DNA of 64,000 nucleotides from Naegleria gruberi (Eukaryota): NCBI GenBank assembly GCA_000004985.1, contig GG738845.1; one strand, 5' to 3'. Shown piece by piece: positions 31,150 to 41,369 of this stretch (position 1 is its first letter; each line of letters starts with the position of its first letter). The notes under the pieces were generated by a model. It saw only the letters and a program-made list of their open reading frames with translations, ran no database searches and was not told where the DNA came from. The position numbers and the translations under genes were made by a program.

Positions 31150-31351
31150 ATCATCAACTGAATTTACATTGTACTACTTCCATCAATTTCCTTTCTCCCA
31201 TTAATCACTAATAAACAAACTACATTATCATTGATGTATAGGATGAAGTAATATTATTTTGTAAAATAATAGTATTATTCTCTATTAATCAAAATTTAAT
31301 TGTTATTAATTCACCACTGATTAAAAAAAGAGGTAATTTTAAATTTAAAAA

Positions 31352-34300
31352 ATGGACAAAGTGTTAGAGGCCTCAACTTTGGAGATCGCATTGGAGGGAT
31401 TCAGAGGTTGCTCGTTCGAGAAATTAGTAAAACTCTTACAAGAATATCACGAGTATGATATAAAAGAAGACGAAGATATGCAAATATGTTTGTGGAGTTA
31501 TTTACTTAGAAATAGTAAACTTTCTTTCTTTAAAATAGTTCCGAACAATGGCGACTCTTCAACAACCAACAATACTCCACCACCTAAGCAGAAATCAAAC
31601 AAAAAAGCCCCACAAAAGAATGACTATCAATACACAACCGAAGGTTTCCAAGAGTATGCAGAGACTAGAAACAATTTCGATTCTCGTTTCTCCTCTAAAC
31701 GGTTGTTGGTTGATAACCTTTCTGAATTGGGTACACTACCAACATCAGATATTTGTATTGTTGCACAATTCGAATATAGAAAATTTGCTTTAGGTTTAGA
31801 TATTAGATCCGATGTTGAAATAAGTGAAATACAGTATTGCATGTTGGAAGAAGTTGGCCGGTCAAGATATAGTGGAAGGTTCCAAAATGATTTGACAAAA
31901 TACTTATGTATTGATTCAAGGTCAACTTTATATCACTTAAAACGGTTATACGGATTAAATTTACTTTTGAAAAAGTCTTCATATGATCCACGTTCTAAAA
32001 CAACTTCAAATTTAATCCATTTATTCAGATTTACTGATACCAAGAAACAAAAAGAGTTTATCAAAAAAACTGACGATGAAGTTAATGCAGAAAAGATATT
32101 TGAAAGGTATTCTCAACTGAAAGAAAATATTGTCGATACTGTTGTTGGAATGCTAACAAAGGCAAAGGGAAATGTATTGATAGATTATGAAGTAAGAAAA
32201 AAACTTTTGGATTTTGTTAAAGACGACACACAACAAAAACACAAATGGGAAAGACTGAAACTTATCTTACAAGCAAGTGGAAAAGTTGAATATTTTAAGG
32301 CAATTTTTGAAAACAGACTTACCTATTGTGTTCGTCTTCTCAACCAAGATAACAATTTATCTTCCTCTAATCCTATTGCTACAAATAATGCAATAGAAGA
32401 TGGATTACTAAATCCTGGATTTGATATGGAAAGGCCTCAACTCTATCAAATGTATGACTATATAGAAAAGTTTGGTGGTAAAAGTGGATTAAACCACATG
32501 GACATTTATCAACATTTTGAAATGACATCCAAAGTGAGTGGCAACCTTTGCAACGATTTGAGGAAAGACTTTGGTGTAACTTCTGTAGCAGAAAAGGGAG
32601 AAAAACAGGCTAAATCAACAAGTTATAGATTTTTCGTTCCTTACATTAAAGAAGTAGAAAATGATAAAGCTAATGAAGTCTCTAACAATGAACAGGAATC
32701 TCCTCAAAAATCCAAGTCTAGGAAAAAAAAGAAATCTCAACCACCTAAACAATCAACAAATAATTCTCAAGAACAAGTACAACAAGAGGTCCAGTCTGTA
32801 TTGCCATCAATTAATTTGGAAGATTCTAGTGATTCTCTTTATGATAGTGATACAGGAAGTGATGACGAAAGTGATGAAAATAAGCCAGCCCTTACTCCAA
32901 GCCAATATTTGAGGACAGAAGGAAAGAGAAAAGAAGAAGGATCCAGAAAAGAGGTAATAACTAAAAATTTCTCAGAAAGATGCAAATTGGCTCTTTCCTT
33001 TTTGAAAGAAAAGAAGTGTATTGCCAGATTTCAGTTGAGAGAACATTTTAAACAAAATAATGTTAGTGTGGAAAGCAAAGCTATATCAAGATTGATTCAA
33101 TACTTGGAATCGAATAACCTTGCTAAAAAAATGACTATTGCTGTACCTAGTTTATTTGGAACAACCTCAAAAATGCACATATGTTTAATTGATTGTTCTT
33201 TGGATATGAAATCAAAGACTGTACAGGACTTTATTACAAGTTTATACTCTCATGAAGTACAAGTTAATTCAAAAGAAAAAGTTGATAGAACAATTTTAGA
33301 AAAAGTTGATAGTATCGATCACTTAGAGACTAAAAGGTCTCAAAAAAGATTTTCCTACTTGCCACTCTTTCATTCACTTCTTAATGGCTATATCAATGCA
33401 AAAATGTTGCGAGTTAGGGTATTCCATCAATATCTATGGAATAAGGTGAATGAGGGATCTGTTAATCCTGAGCGTATTTGCCTTTATGATATTTATAGTA
33501 ACATGTCTGTTTCTCTATTTTGTAAGCTTGTTGGTTGTATTGCAGAAATCAGACTTGGTTCAGATGATAAGGAGATTTTACAAACAGTAACAATTTCTAA
33601 TGCGCCAGAAAATATTAAAAAAGCTGTTGATGCATCGGTAGTGGGAAGAAGAGCAGTTGCTCTCTCAAGAGTTGAAACATTTATTGATATAATGGAGAAG
33701 TTGGGATTATTGGTTGTACAGGCTATACGTGATAAAGAGAGCAAATCAAAAGTTTTTTCATTATTGAAAACAGTAGAATTTCCTTTCCCACAACAATTCC
33801 CTGCAACAGAGTACAGACAAGTTACATTTAATTCAATTAATGATGTAGAAGAATATTGGGACGATTTGGAAATGTGTAGTGTAAATATGGAGACTATTAG
33901 ATGTGAGCCAATTGGTGATGATCAAGAAGATAGCCCACAAATTTTTTCAAAGATTCAAGATTTGGGAAAAAGACCTAGTTGGACTGAGTATAGACATTTT
34001 TCTTTGAGGCAACTTCGTATTTTAGAGGCTTCTTATAAGGAGAATCAAACACCAAATTTTGAGGAATGCGACAATATTTGCAAAAAATTGAGAATACCAA
34101 TGGAACAAGTTGTTCTCTATTTTTACAGATATAGAAACTCTATTCTTAGCAAGCGTATTTCAGATATTGGTACTATCCCAGAGGGTCAATCCAAGTCAAA
34201 TACTAAACGTAAAAAGGACGATGATTTTATAGTTGGTGATGACGAAATTGAGTATGAAAGCAATGATGAGAATGTAGAGGTTAGAGCAAAAAAAACAAAG

Positions 34301-36553
34301 CGTTTGCCATCTGTTTCATTGTTATTGATTGGAAATAGAAAAACAAGGAAAGGCTCTACCAGAAAGGGCAACAAAAAACAACCTACCGATACTAATGAAA
34401 ACACAGAAAAACAAAAAGAAAAAACGATACCAACAAGAGGGTACAAGTGGACTAATGAGCAAGATCTTTTGCTTTTAGAGGGACTCTCAAGGTTAAGGGA
34501 ATTGGATCCAAGTACTGGTACTTTCCTTACAAAGCCTATAAAATGGCAAGAAATAGCAGATTCTATTGGTGATGGTATAACAGCCAATCGGTGCAAATTG
34601 AGATGGAATAATGTTTTGAGAAAACTTCCATGGTGTAAGAGAGCACTTGAGCTTGCTATTGGTCACAGAGATTTAAATAAGAACAATCCAAATATTCCTC
34701 CCATAGAAATAAGAACGCTTGTACAAACCTGTAGAGATCAGTACAGAATCGGACCTTCTGATTCTAATAATCAATTAATGAGTGTAGATCTTCCTAGAGA
34801 TTTAATCAATATTGTAAAATACTTTAAAGTTATAAGGTTTGAACCACTAGTAGAGGATAATGCAGACGAAAATATCAATATCACTACAGAGAATAGATTG
34901 AGACTCAGTTCTTTGGAAACCCTTTTCAAAATTATTCTACTTACCCCTGATGAACACTATGATGTAAAATTAGCCAACAAACTTGTTAAAAGATTCAAAT
35001 CAAAGGAAATAGAGGAATGTTTTAACAGTTTAAGAAAGAGATCAATAATATCCAAGTCTAAAAGAGGTCTAAGAATGAAGGGTTACCATCTCAACATTAA
35101 TTTTACAACAAAAACCACCGTGAACTTTTATCCACCAGAAATTTTTGAAGATGCTCCAAAATTCAGAAAAAGAGCGTTAATGATTAATGAGGAGGATGAC
35201 TCTGATGAAGAAGATGATATGGAGGTTAAACCACTATTTAATAGACATGGAGCATGCTTTAATCCTCAAAGCTCTGGTGGTGTAGTAGCAGCTTTAATGA
35301 GTATGGTAATGTTGGAAGAAATTAGGTTAATACCAAGGGTTGCACCACTTTCCGAAGAAGAAAAAAATCAAGTAGGAAGAACTCGTAGTATCCAAGATAT
35401 GGAAGAGGATGACGGAACAGGCGTCAGTAATCATTTACTAAGGGTGGGAGCTGTGAGACCTGGTGAGAATGATCATATTCATGCAGAAGGTACAAACATT
35501 AAAAGTTCACACGGCTCACTACAATTACCAGATTGGACGATAGCTATAGAATCCATCACTGAAGTAAATTTATTTAGTGAGATGGGAGCTGAAAATGAAC
35601 ATCAAACCCACATTTCCAGAATAGTATCTGAGTACGGGCACAAACTCTCTAGTATTGAATTTTCTATTGAACTCCCAGATCAAGAGAATGAGAATAAGAG
35701 AGAAAGAGATGAATTTAACCAAGATAACACCTATGACCCACCTCAAAAGAAAAAGAAACAACACCACATTACTAACTCTGAAATTGAGGCATATTTCGAA
35801 ATGTATGCTGCAGAAAGTAGTTCTATAACAACATTCACCAATGATCAAATAGATTTTGTTGAAAATATTACATATCCAGAGATTAAACCTCTTGCACAAT
35901 ATATTATAGAATCTGGAGTTGAAGAATATTCATTTTGGATAGAAAGGATAATTTTGGTGTATTCATTTATTGGTAATACCAAGTTTGAAGGGGCAAACTT
36001 TGACACTATTTCTCAAAAATTTTCAGATTTTTCTACTGATTATGATCTTTCGATCAAAGAAATATTACAACAATTAGTTAACTTTAATTGTATTGTGGAG
36101 GTAAATTCTGAAAATGAAACAAGATTTTTGAGATTTGAAGAAGCCAAATTGCACACAATACCATACTCAGAAAATGGTGCAACACAATATAGACCAATTT
36201 CAGTCTTCAGACAATTATCAGGAGAGTTAAATGATAACCTTTTACAAAACTTTAAAAAATGTATCATCTCCAGAATTATGAGATATCCTGGTATTTTGGA
36301 AAAAAAGCTTATCAATAGTATTGGTGTTATTTCTGCCCAGGATATAAGAAAAGTATTAGGATTTTTGGAGGATGACCAAATCATTCAATCTAGCTATCAT
36401 AGAGCAACATCTAACGAGAAATTGAAGTGTAAAAATATATTATTCATGCATCAAGATGAGATGGATGACTTGGAAAACAGTGATTGTTACCCTACAGAAT
36501 TTCATAGATCTCTTTTTGTTACCCCAAAATATATTTTCTTCTCTACACAATAA
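31352..36553 (+). CDS. TFIIIC large (B-block-binding, GTF3C1/Tfc3-like) subunit with homeodomain-like and Myb-like inserts, 1733 aa
   Basis: Single ORF with ATG at 31352. The N-terminus VLEASTLEIALEGFRGCSFEKLVKLLQ resembles the winged-helix B-block_TFIIIC start (leEiALEGldGit...LW.ll). Repeated WH-like units follow. Internal modules are RHFSLRQLRILEASYKENQTPNFEECDNICKKLRIPMEQVVLYFYRYRN (homeodomain-like) and RGYKWTNEQDLLLLEGL...KWQEIADSIGDGITANRCKLRWNNVLRK (Myb/SANT). The family assignment is tentative. Confidence 0.5.
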   Translation: MDKVLEASTLEIALEGFRGCSFEKLVKLLQEYHEYDIKEDEDMQICLWSYLLRNSKLSFFKIVPNNGDSSTTNNTPPPKQKSNKKAPQKNDYQYTTEGFQEYAETRNNFDSRFSSKRLLVDNLSELGTLPTSDICIVAQFEYRKFALGLDIRSDVEISEIQYCMLEEVGRSRYSGRFQNDLTKYLCIDSRSTLYHLKRLYGLNLLLKKSSYDPRSKTTSNLIHLFRFTDTKKQKEFIKKTDDEVNAEKIFERYSQLKENIVDTVVGMLTKAKGNVLIDYEVRKKLLDFVKDDTQQKHKWERLKLILQASGKVEYFKAIFENRLTYCVRLLNQDNNLSSSNPIATNNAIEDGLLNPGFDMERPQLYQMYDYIEKFGGKSGLNHMDIYQHFEMTSKVSGNLCNDLRKDFGVTSVAEKGEKQAKSTSYRFFVPYIKEVENDKANEVSNNEQESPQKSKSRKKKKSQPPKQSTNNSQEQVQQEVQSVLPSINLEDSSDSLYDSDTGSDDESDENKPALTPSQYLRTEGKRKEEGSRKEVITKNFSERCKLALSFLKEKKCIARFQLREHFKQNNVSVESKAISRLIQYLESNNLAKKMTIAVPSLFGTTSKMHICLIDCSLDMKSKTVQDFITSLYSHEVQVNSKEKVDRTILEKVDSIDHLETKRSQKRFSYLPLFHSLLNGYINAKMLRVRVFHQYLWNKVNEGSVNPERICLYDIYSNMSVSLFCKLVGCIAEIRLGSDDKEILQTVTISNAPENIKKAVDASVVGRRAVALSRVETFIDIMEKLGLLVVQAIRDKESKSKVFSLLKTVEFPFPQQFPATEYRQVTFNSINDVEEYWDDLEMCSVNMETIRCEPIGDDQEDSPQIFSKIQDLGKRPSWTEYRHFSLRQLRILEASYKENQTPNFEECDNICKKLRIPMEQVVLYFYRYRNSILSKRISDIGTIPEGQSKSNTKRKKDDDFIVGDDEIEYESNDENVEVRAKKTKRLPSVSLLLIGNRKTRKGSTRKGNKKQPTDTNENTEKQKEKTIPTRGYKWTNEQDLLLLEGLSRLRELDPSTGTFLTKPIKWQEIADSIGDGITANRCKLRWNNVLRKLPWCKRALELAIGHRDLNKNNPNIPPIEIRTLVQTCRDQYRIGPSDSNNQLMSVDLPRDLINIVKYFKVIRFEPLVEDNADENINITTENRLRLSSLETLFKIILLTPDEHYDVKLANKLVKRFKSKEIEECFNSLRKRSIISKSKRGLRMKGYHLNINFTTKTTVNFYPPEIFEDAPKFRKRALMINEEDDSDEEDDMEVKPLFNRHGACFNPQSSGGVVAALMSMVMLEEIRLIPRVAPLSEEEKNQVGRTRSIQDMEEDDGTGVSNHLLRVGAVRPGENDHIHAEGTNIKSSHGSLQLPDWTIAIESITEVNLFSEMGAENEHQTHISRIVSEYGHKLSSIEFSIELPDQENENKRERDEFNQDNTYDPPQKKKKQHHITNSEIEAYFEMYAAESSSITTFTNDQIDFVENITYPEIKPLAQYIIESGVEEYSFWIERIILVYSFIGNTKFEGANFDTISQKFSDFSTDYDLSIKEILQQLVNFNCIVEVNSENETRFLRFEEAKLHTIPYSENGATQYRPISVFRQLSGELNDNLLQNFKKCIISRIMRYPGILEKKLINSIGVISAQDIRKVLGFLEDDQIIQSSYHRATSNEKLKCKNILFMHQDEMDDLENSDCYPTEFHRSLFVTPKYIFFSTQ

Positions 36554-36566
36554 AGGTTAATAATGT

Positions 36567-38300
36567 TTATTCACTAATGACTATTGAATCAATACAAAAG
36601 AGAGCAGAATTAACATAGGAGGAAAGCAGGCATTGTACTTTAACAGGTATTGGGTCATCCTGATTGAGCTGGAGCAGAACATTTTCCTTGATAAAAGGAA
36701 TTTGGAATGGATCTAATAGCAATAGACGAGCACTTGCAGCATTGATGGATGTATTGATGGTAGTGTATTGTTTTGCATTTGAGTTTTCCATTCCTTCAGT
36801 GCTAAAATCAATAATTGGGTCAATTAAGTCTATGGATGTTGGAGAAAAGTTTACATGAATACGCATTGGAGGACATAAGTACAGCTTTAGGAACCCATTT
36901 TTTGTGTCATCTTGCAGTTTGGAATAAAGTGAAACTTCAATAACAAACTGCTTGGAATTTTCATTTTCTTGGAATGTATTTACATTTTGGAGATCGGTCA
37001 AGTTTGTGGCACACGACAGTTCAGATACAGAGCTCACTGACACAGGTGATGTGAGCTTGGATGGAATGCAAGAGCCATCTTCATCTATTTCATCATCTTG
37101 CTTAGCATTGGTACCTCGTGGAAAATGTCTAACATCTATTTCAAACTTTGACTTGGCATTTTTAAAAGCAATCAAAAACTTGGATTTGAGTTTTGTTGTA
37201 AGATGTTCTTGTAATGCATCATAAAAAGTCTGAGAGGAATTAAATGTTGATGCCAAAAGAACTTGTTTCATAAAATTTTTCATTGGAAATAGATCCTCCT
37301 CATATTTTCTTGATTTGTTTGGTTCCAATGACTGATAAATATCGGTAATTTTCCTCTTATTTGTTTGATTTGTTACGGAAATAAAATCATCAAAAGAAGG
37401 AAACCCAACTTCGGTATGTACAGTTTCACAGAATTGTTTCAGAACGTTCTCATTTTGAGATTTTCCTGAGAGATAGGTTTTTTCGAGATCATCTAGGATT
37501 TTAATATGTTCTAATTGCTTTGTTTTCAAAGTTACAGACAACTTTTCATATATGTGTGCAAGATTCTGTACAATCGTACTTAGTTGTTTTAAAACTTCAA
37601 TCTCTTCTTTAAATCTCCTAATAGGAGAAGTTTTAACTAAATTACTCATTGCTGCAGTTTCGTCCTTATTCTTTTCAAGAAATGCGTTATAATTATTTTG
37701 ATGATCAAAAAAATATTGTTTCAAGTTCTTTGTAATGATTTCTAATTGTTGTACTTTTTTATCCGCATCATTGTATCCTAAAACAGTGATAAACTTGTCT
37801 CTCTTTTCTTTGAATTTTTCCAATAATTGTTTAGCTGTCCCGTAGTCATGTCTTAATCTATCACATTCATGTTTGTTTTTAATTATTCCAATAAATGTGT
37901 CCCAAAATATTTGTGATTCATTAACTGGTTGTTGTGGTGTTTGTGTAGATTGTTGGCTATTTGATTGTTGTGTATTATTCTTCGGAGTCTGATTTGATTG
38001 TTGCTGTTGTATAGTGTGCTGATTTTGTTGAACAGTTGTTTCTTGTTGTGGAGGTTGCTGTGGACGATAGTGCTGCTCTGCATGATATGGAATATTTTGT
38101 AACTCTTGGATAAATACTTGTTTTGTTGGTGATGTGTTCCAAGCTTGAGTAACAAAATAAAGAGCAATCTGGTCCACAGTCTCCTTGGGAAATTTAGGAT
38201 TATTCTTGAAGAATTCGTGATTGGAGACAAGGGAAGTGGTGTAGGTAACAAATTTTTCTTGCTCTTCGGGGCGTACTTCACTGTGCCAAGGTTGAGACAT
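36567..38300 (-). CDS. Gln-rich protein, possible Mediator subunit 15 (KIX-like N-terminus), 577 aa
   Basis: The track ORF starts at a GTG (38306). The first ATG is at 38300..38298 (MSQPWHSEV). The N-terminal roughly 70 aa have a KIX-like pattern (W.sEVRpEEqEKFV....SLV ... A..fE...w..S..K..f..EL). A Q/N/T-rich tract and a helical region come next. The CDS itself is solid, but the function is a guess. Confidence 0.5.
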   Translation of the reverse strand: MSQPWHSEVRPEEQEKFVTYTTSLVSNHEFFKNNPKFPKETVDQIALYFVTQAWNTSPTKQVFIQELQNIPYHAEQHYRPQQPPQQETTVQQNQHTIQQQQSNQTPKNNTQQSNSQQSTQTPQQPVNESQIFWDTFIGIIKNKHECDRLRHDYGTAKQLLEKFKEKRDKFITVLGYNDADKKVQQLEIITKNLKQYFFDHQNNYNAFLEKNKDETAAMSNLVKTSPIRRFKEEIEVLKQLSTIVQNLAHIYEKLSVTLKTKQLEHIKILDDLEKTYLSGKSQNENVLKQFCETVHTEVGFPSFDDFISVTNQTNKRKITDIYQSLEPNKSRKYEEDLFPMKNFMKQVLLASTFNSSQTFYDALQEHLTTKLKSKFLIAFKNAKSKFEIDVRHFPRGTNAKQDDEIDEDGSCIPSKLTSPVSVSSVSELSCATNLTDLQNVNTFQENENSKQFVIEVSLYSKLQDDTKNGFLKLYLCPPMRIHVNFSPTSIDLIDPIIDFSTEGMENSNAKQYTTINTSINAASARLLLLDPFQIPFIKENVLLQLNQDDPIPVKVQCLLSSYVNSALFCIDSIVISE

Positions 38301-38356
38301 TTTCACAAGATGTCTTTTGAAGTATTTTTTTATTTTTGAAATTCTTTAAATAACCA

Positions 38357-38372
38357 TTGTTCCCGCCAAATT
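38357..38372. promoter_or_regulatory. E2F-like GC box (TTGTTCCCGCCAAATT; core TCCCGCC at 38361..38367) in the SCLT1-like promoter
   Basis: It lies 31-46 bp upstream of the ATG at 38403, within the 102-bp divergent spacer 38301..38402 shared with the Gln-rich gene. Confidence 0.45.
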
Positions 38373-38402
38373 CTACAATTAATAATTTTTAAAAAAAACA
38401 AC

Positions 38403-40770
38403 ATGAGCAACATTGGTGTGGCACGATCGTCTATAAATCTTGTTAGTCCTCTCACTCTATCTTCCCCTATCAATATTGGTGGTCCACAACTGGAAAGAGA
38501 TCAAAAACACTTCCCATTTTCAAGGAGTACCATGGATTTAAAAGAAGTGGAACGAAATAATAAGGATTTAGTTGTACCCTCAAACCGAACAGATGACCCT
38601 TTCAAGGATTTTCCTGCAACTACCGATGTATTATCATGCAAAACCAAAGTGAATGAATTAGAAGTACAAATAGAATATCTTAAAGACATAGGTATGTTTT
38701 ATTTAGTATTAAAACTGTTAATCAAAATTAAATAGTTCAAAGGTTGAGTGACGAAATGGCTAGGTATCAGGTAAAATATCCGCCAATTGTTTCAAGTGAT
38801 TCCGAAGGAGCTTGTTCTACGTTAATTGCTCCATGGTTTTACAACTCCCAACACATGAACCCTCTTCTTGTATCATACGATCACAGAATCATGGAATTAA
38901 CAAACGAAATTAAACTCTATAAGGAAAAAATTGAAACAATGACAATTGAAGTAAAAGCAGTGTCATCAGAAAATGAAGATCTTCAACATAGTTTGAAAAA
39001 TATGATTGAAAAACATCTGTCAAAACCCAATGAGCCAGGGTCTTCGATTCCTTTCAACATTCCTACTGAAGAATGGGACGAACTTCAACAGAGAGTTGAA
39101 CTATTAGACAGAGAAAACAAGTTGTTATTGGAGGAGCAAAGAGAGCTTCAAAATGAAATTGATCGATTGAGAAACGAAAATAGAAGACCATATGTTGAGT
39201 CATCATTATCTTCGACAGATTCTGATAGAACTCGTTTAATGCTGGAAAGTGCAAAAAAAAAAATTTCATCCTTGCAAAGAGAAAAAGAAGATTACCAAAG
39301 AGAGATTAAAAGGGCTAGGCATTTGGAATCTGTTGTTGGTGATTTAGAAAGAGCACTAAGTTCCAGTAATCAGAGATGTAAATTGTTGGATGAAGAATTA
39401 GAAAAACATAAATGCTTGATAGACGACTTGAATCATGAAAGAAAGCGATTTTTCCAAACAGAAAAAACCATCAATTACAAGGATATAGAGATGACAGGTT
39501 TGTTATTTACTTTCTTAATATTAGTTACAATTTGAAAGAACTTCGTGACAAGTTGACAATAGCACTCAGGGAAGGAGATGAAATAAGGGAAGAAAAAAAT
39601 AAGATTTTACATGAAATAAGCCAAATGGAGCAGAGAATAGTTGCTTACCAACAGAGTGAATTTGAAGCTTTACAAAAAGTGAAGGAAACTATGGAGTTAC
39701 TTGAAACAACAAAACTAGAAAGAGATACTGCTAGAACAGCTATAAAGAACAAAGAACAGGAAATTGAAAGGTTAGAAGAAAAGAATAAGAAGCTTTCTAA
39801 TGACTATTCTGAAAGGTTTAAAAAATTGTCTTCACATTTTCAAGAAAAACACAAGGAATCACTCCAAGCTTTGGAAGATCAACTAAAAATATTACAAATA
39901 GAGAATGGCCATTTAAAATCAGATGTAGACAGGTTAAAAAGAGAGAAAAAGTTAGTATTATTTTAAATATTATTCAAACACAATATTAGAACAACTGAGA
40001 ATGAGTTGACCAAGGTAATTAAGGCTGCCGAGACTGAGCAATTAAATTCACCATTTGTTGTTAATGATTTAAACCAACAGATTAACCATTTAACTAATGA
40101 GAGAGATGAATCAGAGAGGATGTACGAAAGATTAAGAAACTCTCATAGAAGAGCTCAACAACAATGGGAGCAGGAGCGAGAACAATTGAATGCAAGATAT
40201 CTTGAGTTACAAAAAAGAGTTTCATCAATTGAATCAGAATCCGAGGAACAAAGACAAAACAACATAAGATTAAACGAACAAATCAATAGACTTGAGCAAC
40301 AATGCCAAAATGTTAAGTTTGAAAAAGAAGAGGTTGAAAGATCATTGAAAGACTCGATACGAACCCAACAAGAACTTTCATCTCATGATACAAGAGATCT
40401 AAGGAAAAAGCTTGCTCTAACTTTAGAGGAATATAACAGAGCAGAAAACTCATTACACCAACTCAATATGAGACATCAAAAAGAACAATTGCAGTGGAGA
40501 GAAGAGTTTAGTAAGTTTAAGGAAAAAAAGGATAAGGAAGTACACGATTTGACATCAATTGTTGAGCAATTAACAAGAAGAAACCAAGAAATGGAGGGTA
40601 AAATCAAACTCCTTTTAAAGAAAGAAGAAGAACTTCTTAATCAAAAGAAAGACCTTCATATCAGAGCTGACAAGTTAACAATATATCTGGAGAGAATGAA
40701 AAGAGAAAGAGATATGCTCGCAAAACACATGGAAGGGAAGATTACAGATATTAGTTTTGGTTTTGAGTAG
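38403..40770 (+). CDS. SCLT1: SCLT1-like coiled-coil protein (centriole distal appendage / ciliogenesis), 747 aa, 4 exons
   Basis: join(38403..38691,38736..39497,39539..39950,39990..40770) is 2244 nt. The introns are 44, 41 and 39 nt (GTATGT, GTTTGT and GTTAGT donors), and the phases close. MNPLLVSYDHRIMELTNEIKLYKEKIETMTIEVKAVSSENEDLQHSLKNMIEKHL resembles human SCLT1 LAPLVTEYDKHLGELNGQLKYYQSQVGEMKLQLENVIKENERLHSELKDAVEKKL (recalled from memory, so unverified). The acceptor of intron 2 is the least certain junction. Confidence 0.5.
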
Positions 40771-40833
40771 CTGGCAATAAAATTAATTGTTTAATGTTTG
40801 GAATTTTAATTTAAATTATAATTAAAAAAAGAA

Positions 40834-41255
40834 ATGTCTGTTGATGAGAAAATCTATGCGGAAAAAATTAAAACTTTTGGACATGGTTTTATACGATATT
40901 TGAATACAATTGATGATGCTTTCGGAAAATACTTCGACAAAGTGTAGGTAGTTAATTACATTGAATTTGTATTTATGCCCACAAACTTAAAAGAGAAAAA
41001 TCTCTGGATGATCCTTTGAGCAAGGAGGAAGCAATAAACGATTTAGCAGCAATACAAAAATTAATTAACCAAGTTTCTAATGTTACCGACGCAAATAATT
41101 TGTATAGTTTTCTTCTTCCACCAAAAGAAGATGCATTGGAACAACTGGAAATTAGAGAAAAAGAAAAAGAAATCAAAAAACAACATCTTATTCAAATATC
41201 AAAAAACTCTACACTGGTACAGGAGCTTGTATCAAAGTTTGATATTGTCGAATGA
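40834..41255 (+). CDS. Small helical protein of unknown function, 123 aa, 2 exons
   Basis: join(40834..40943,40994..41255) is 372 nt. The 50-nt intron at 40944..40993 (GTAGGT...TTAAAAG) has phase 2+1. The second exon is track ORF 41016..41255. I recognise no family. Confidence 0.45.
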
Positions 41256-41369
41256 AAATGTTATTGTAAATAATAATAATGCGGTATTTAAGTAAAGTTC
41301 CCAAATCATCATAATCATCATTTCATAACCCACCGTCAACTGTCCCATCAAAGATTTTCTTCAAAAAAA

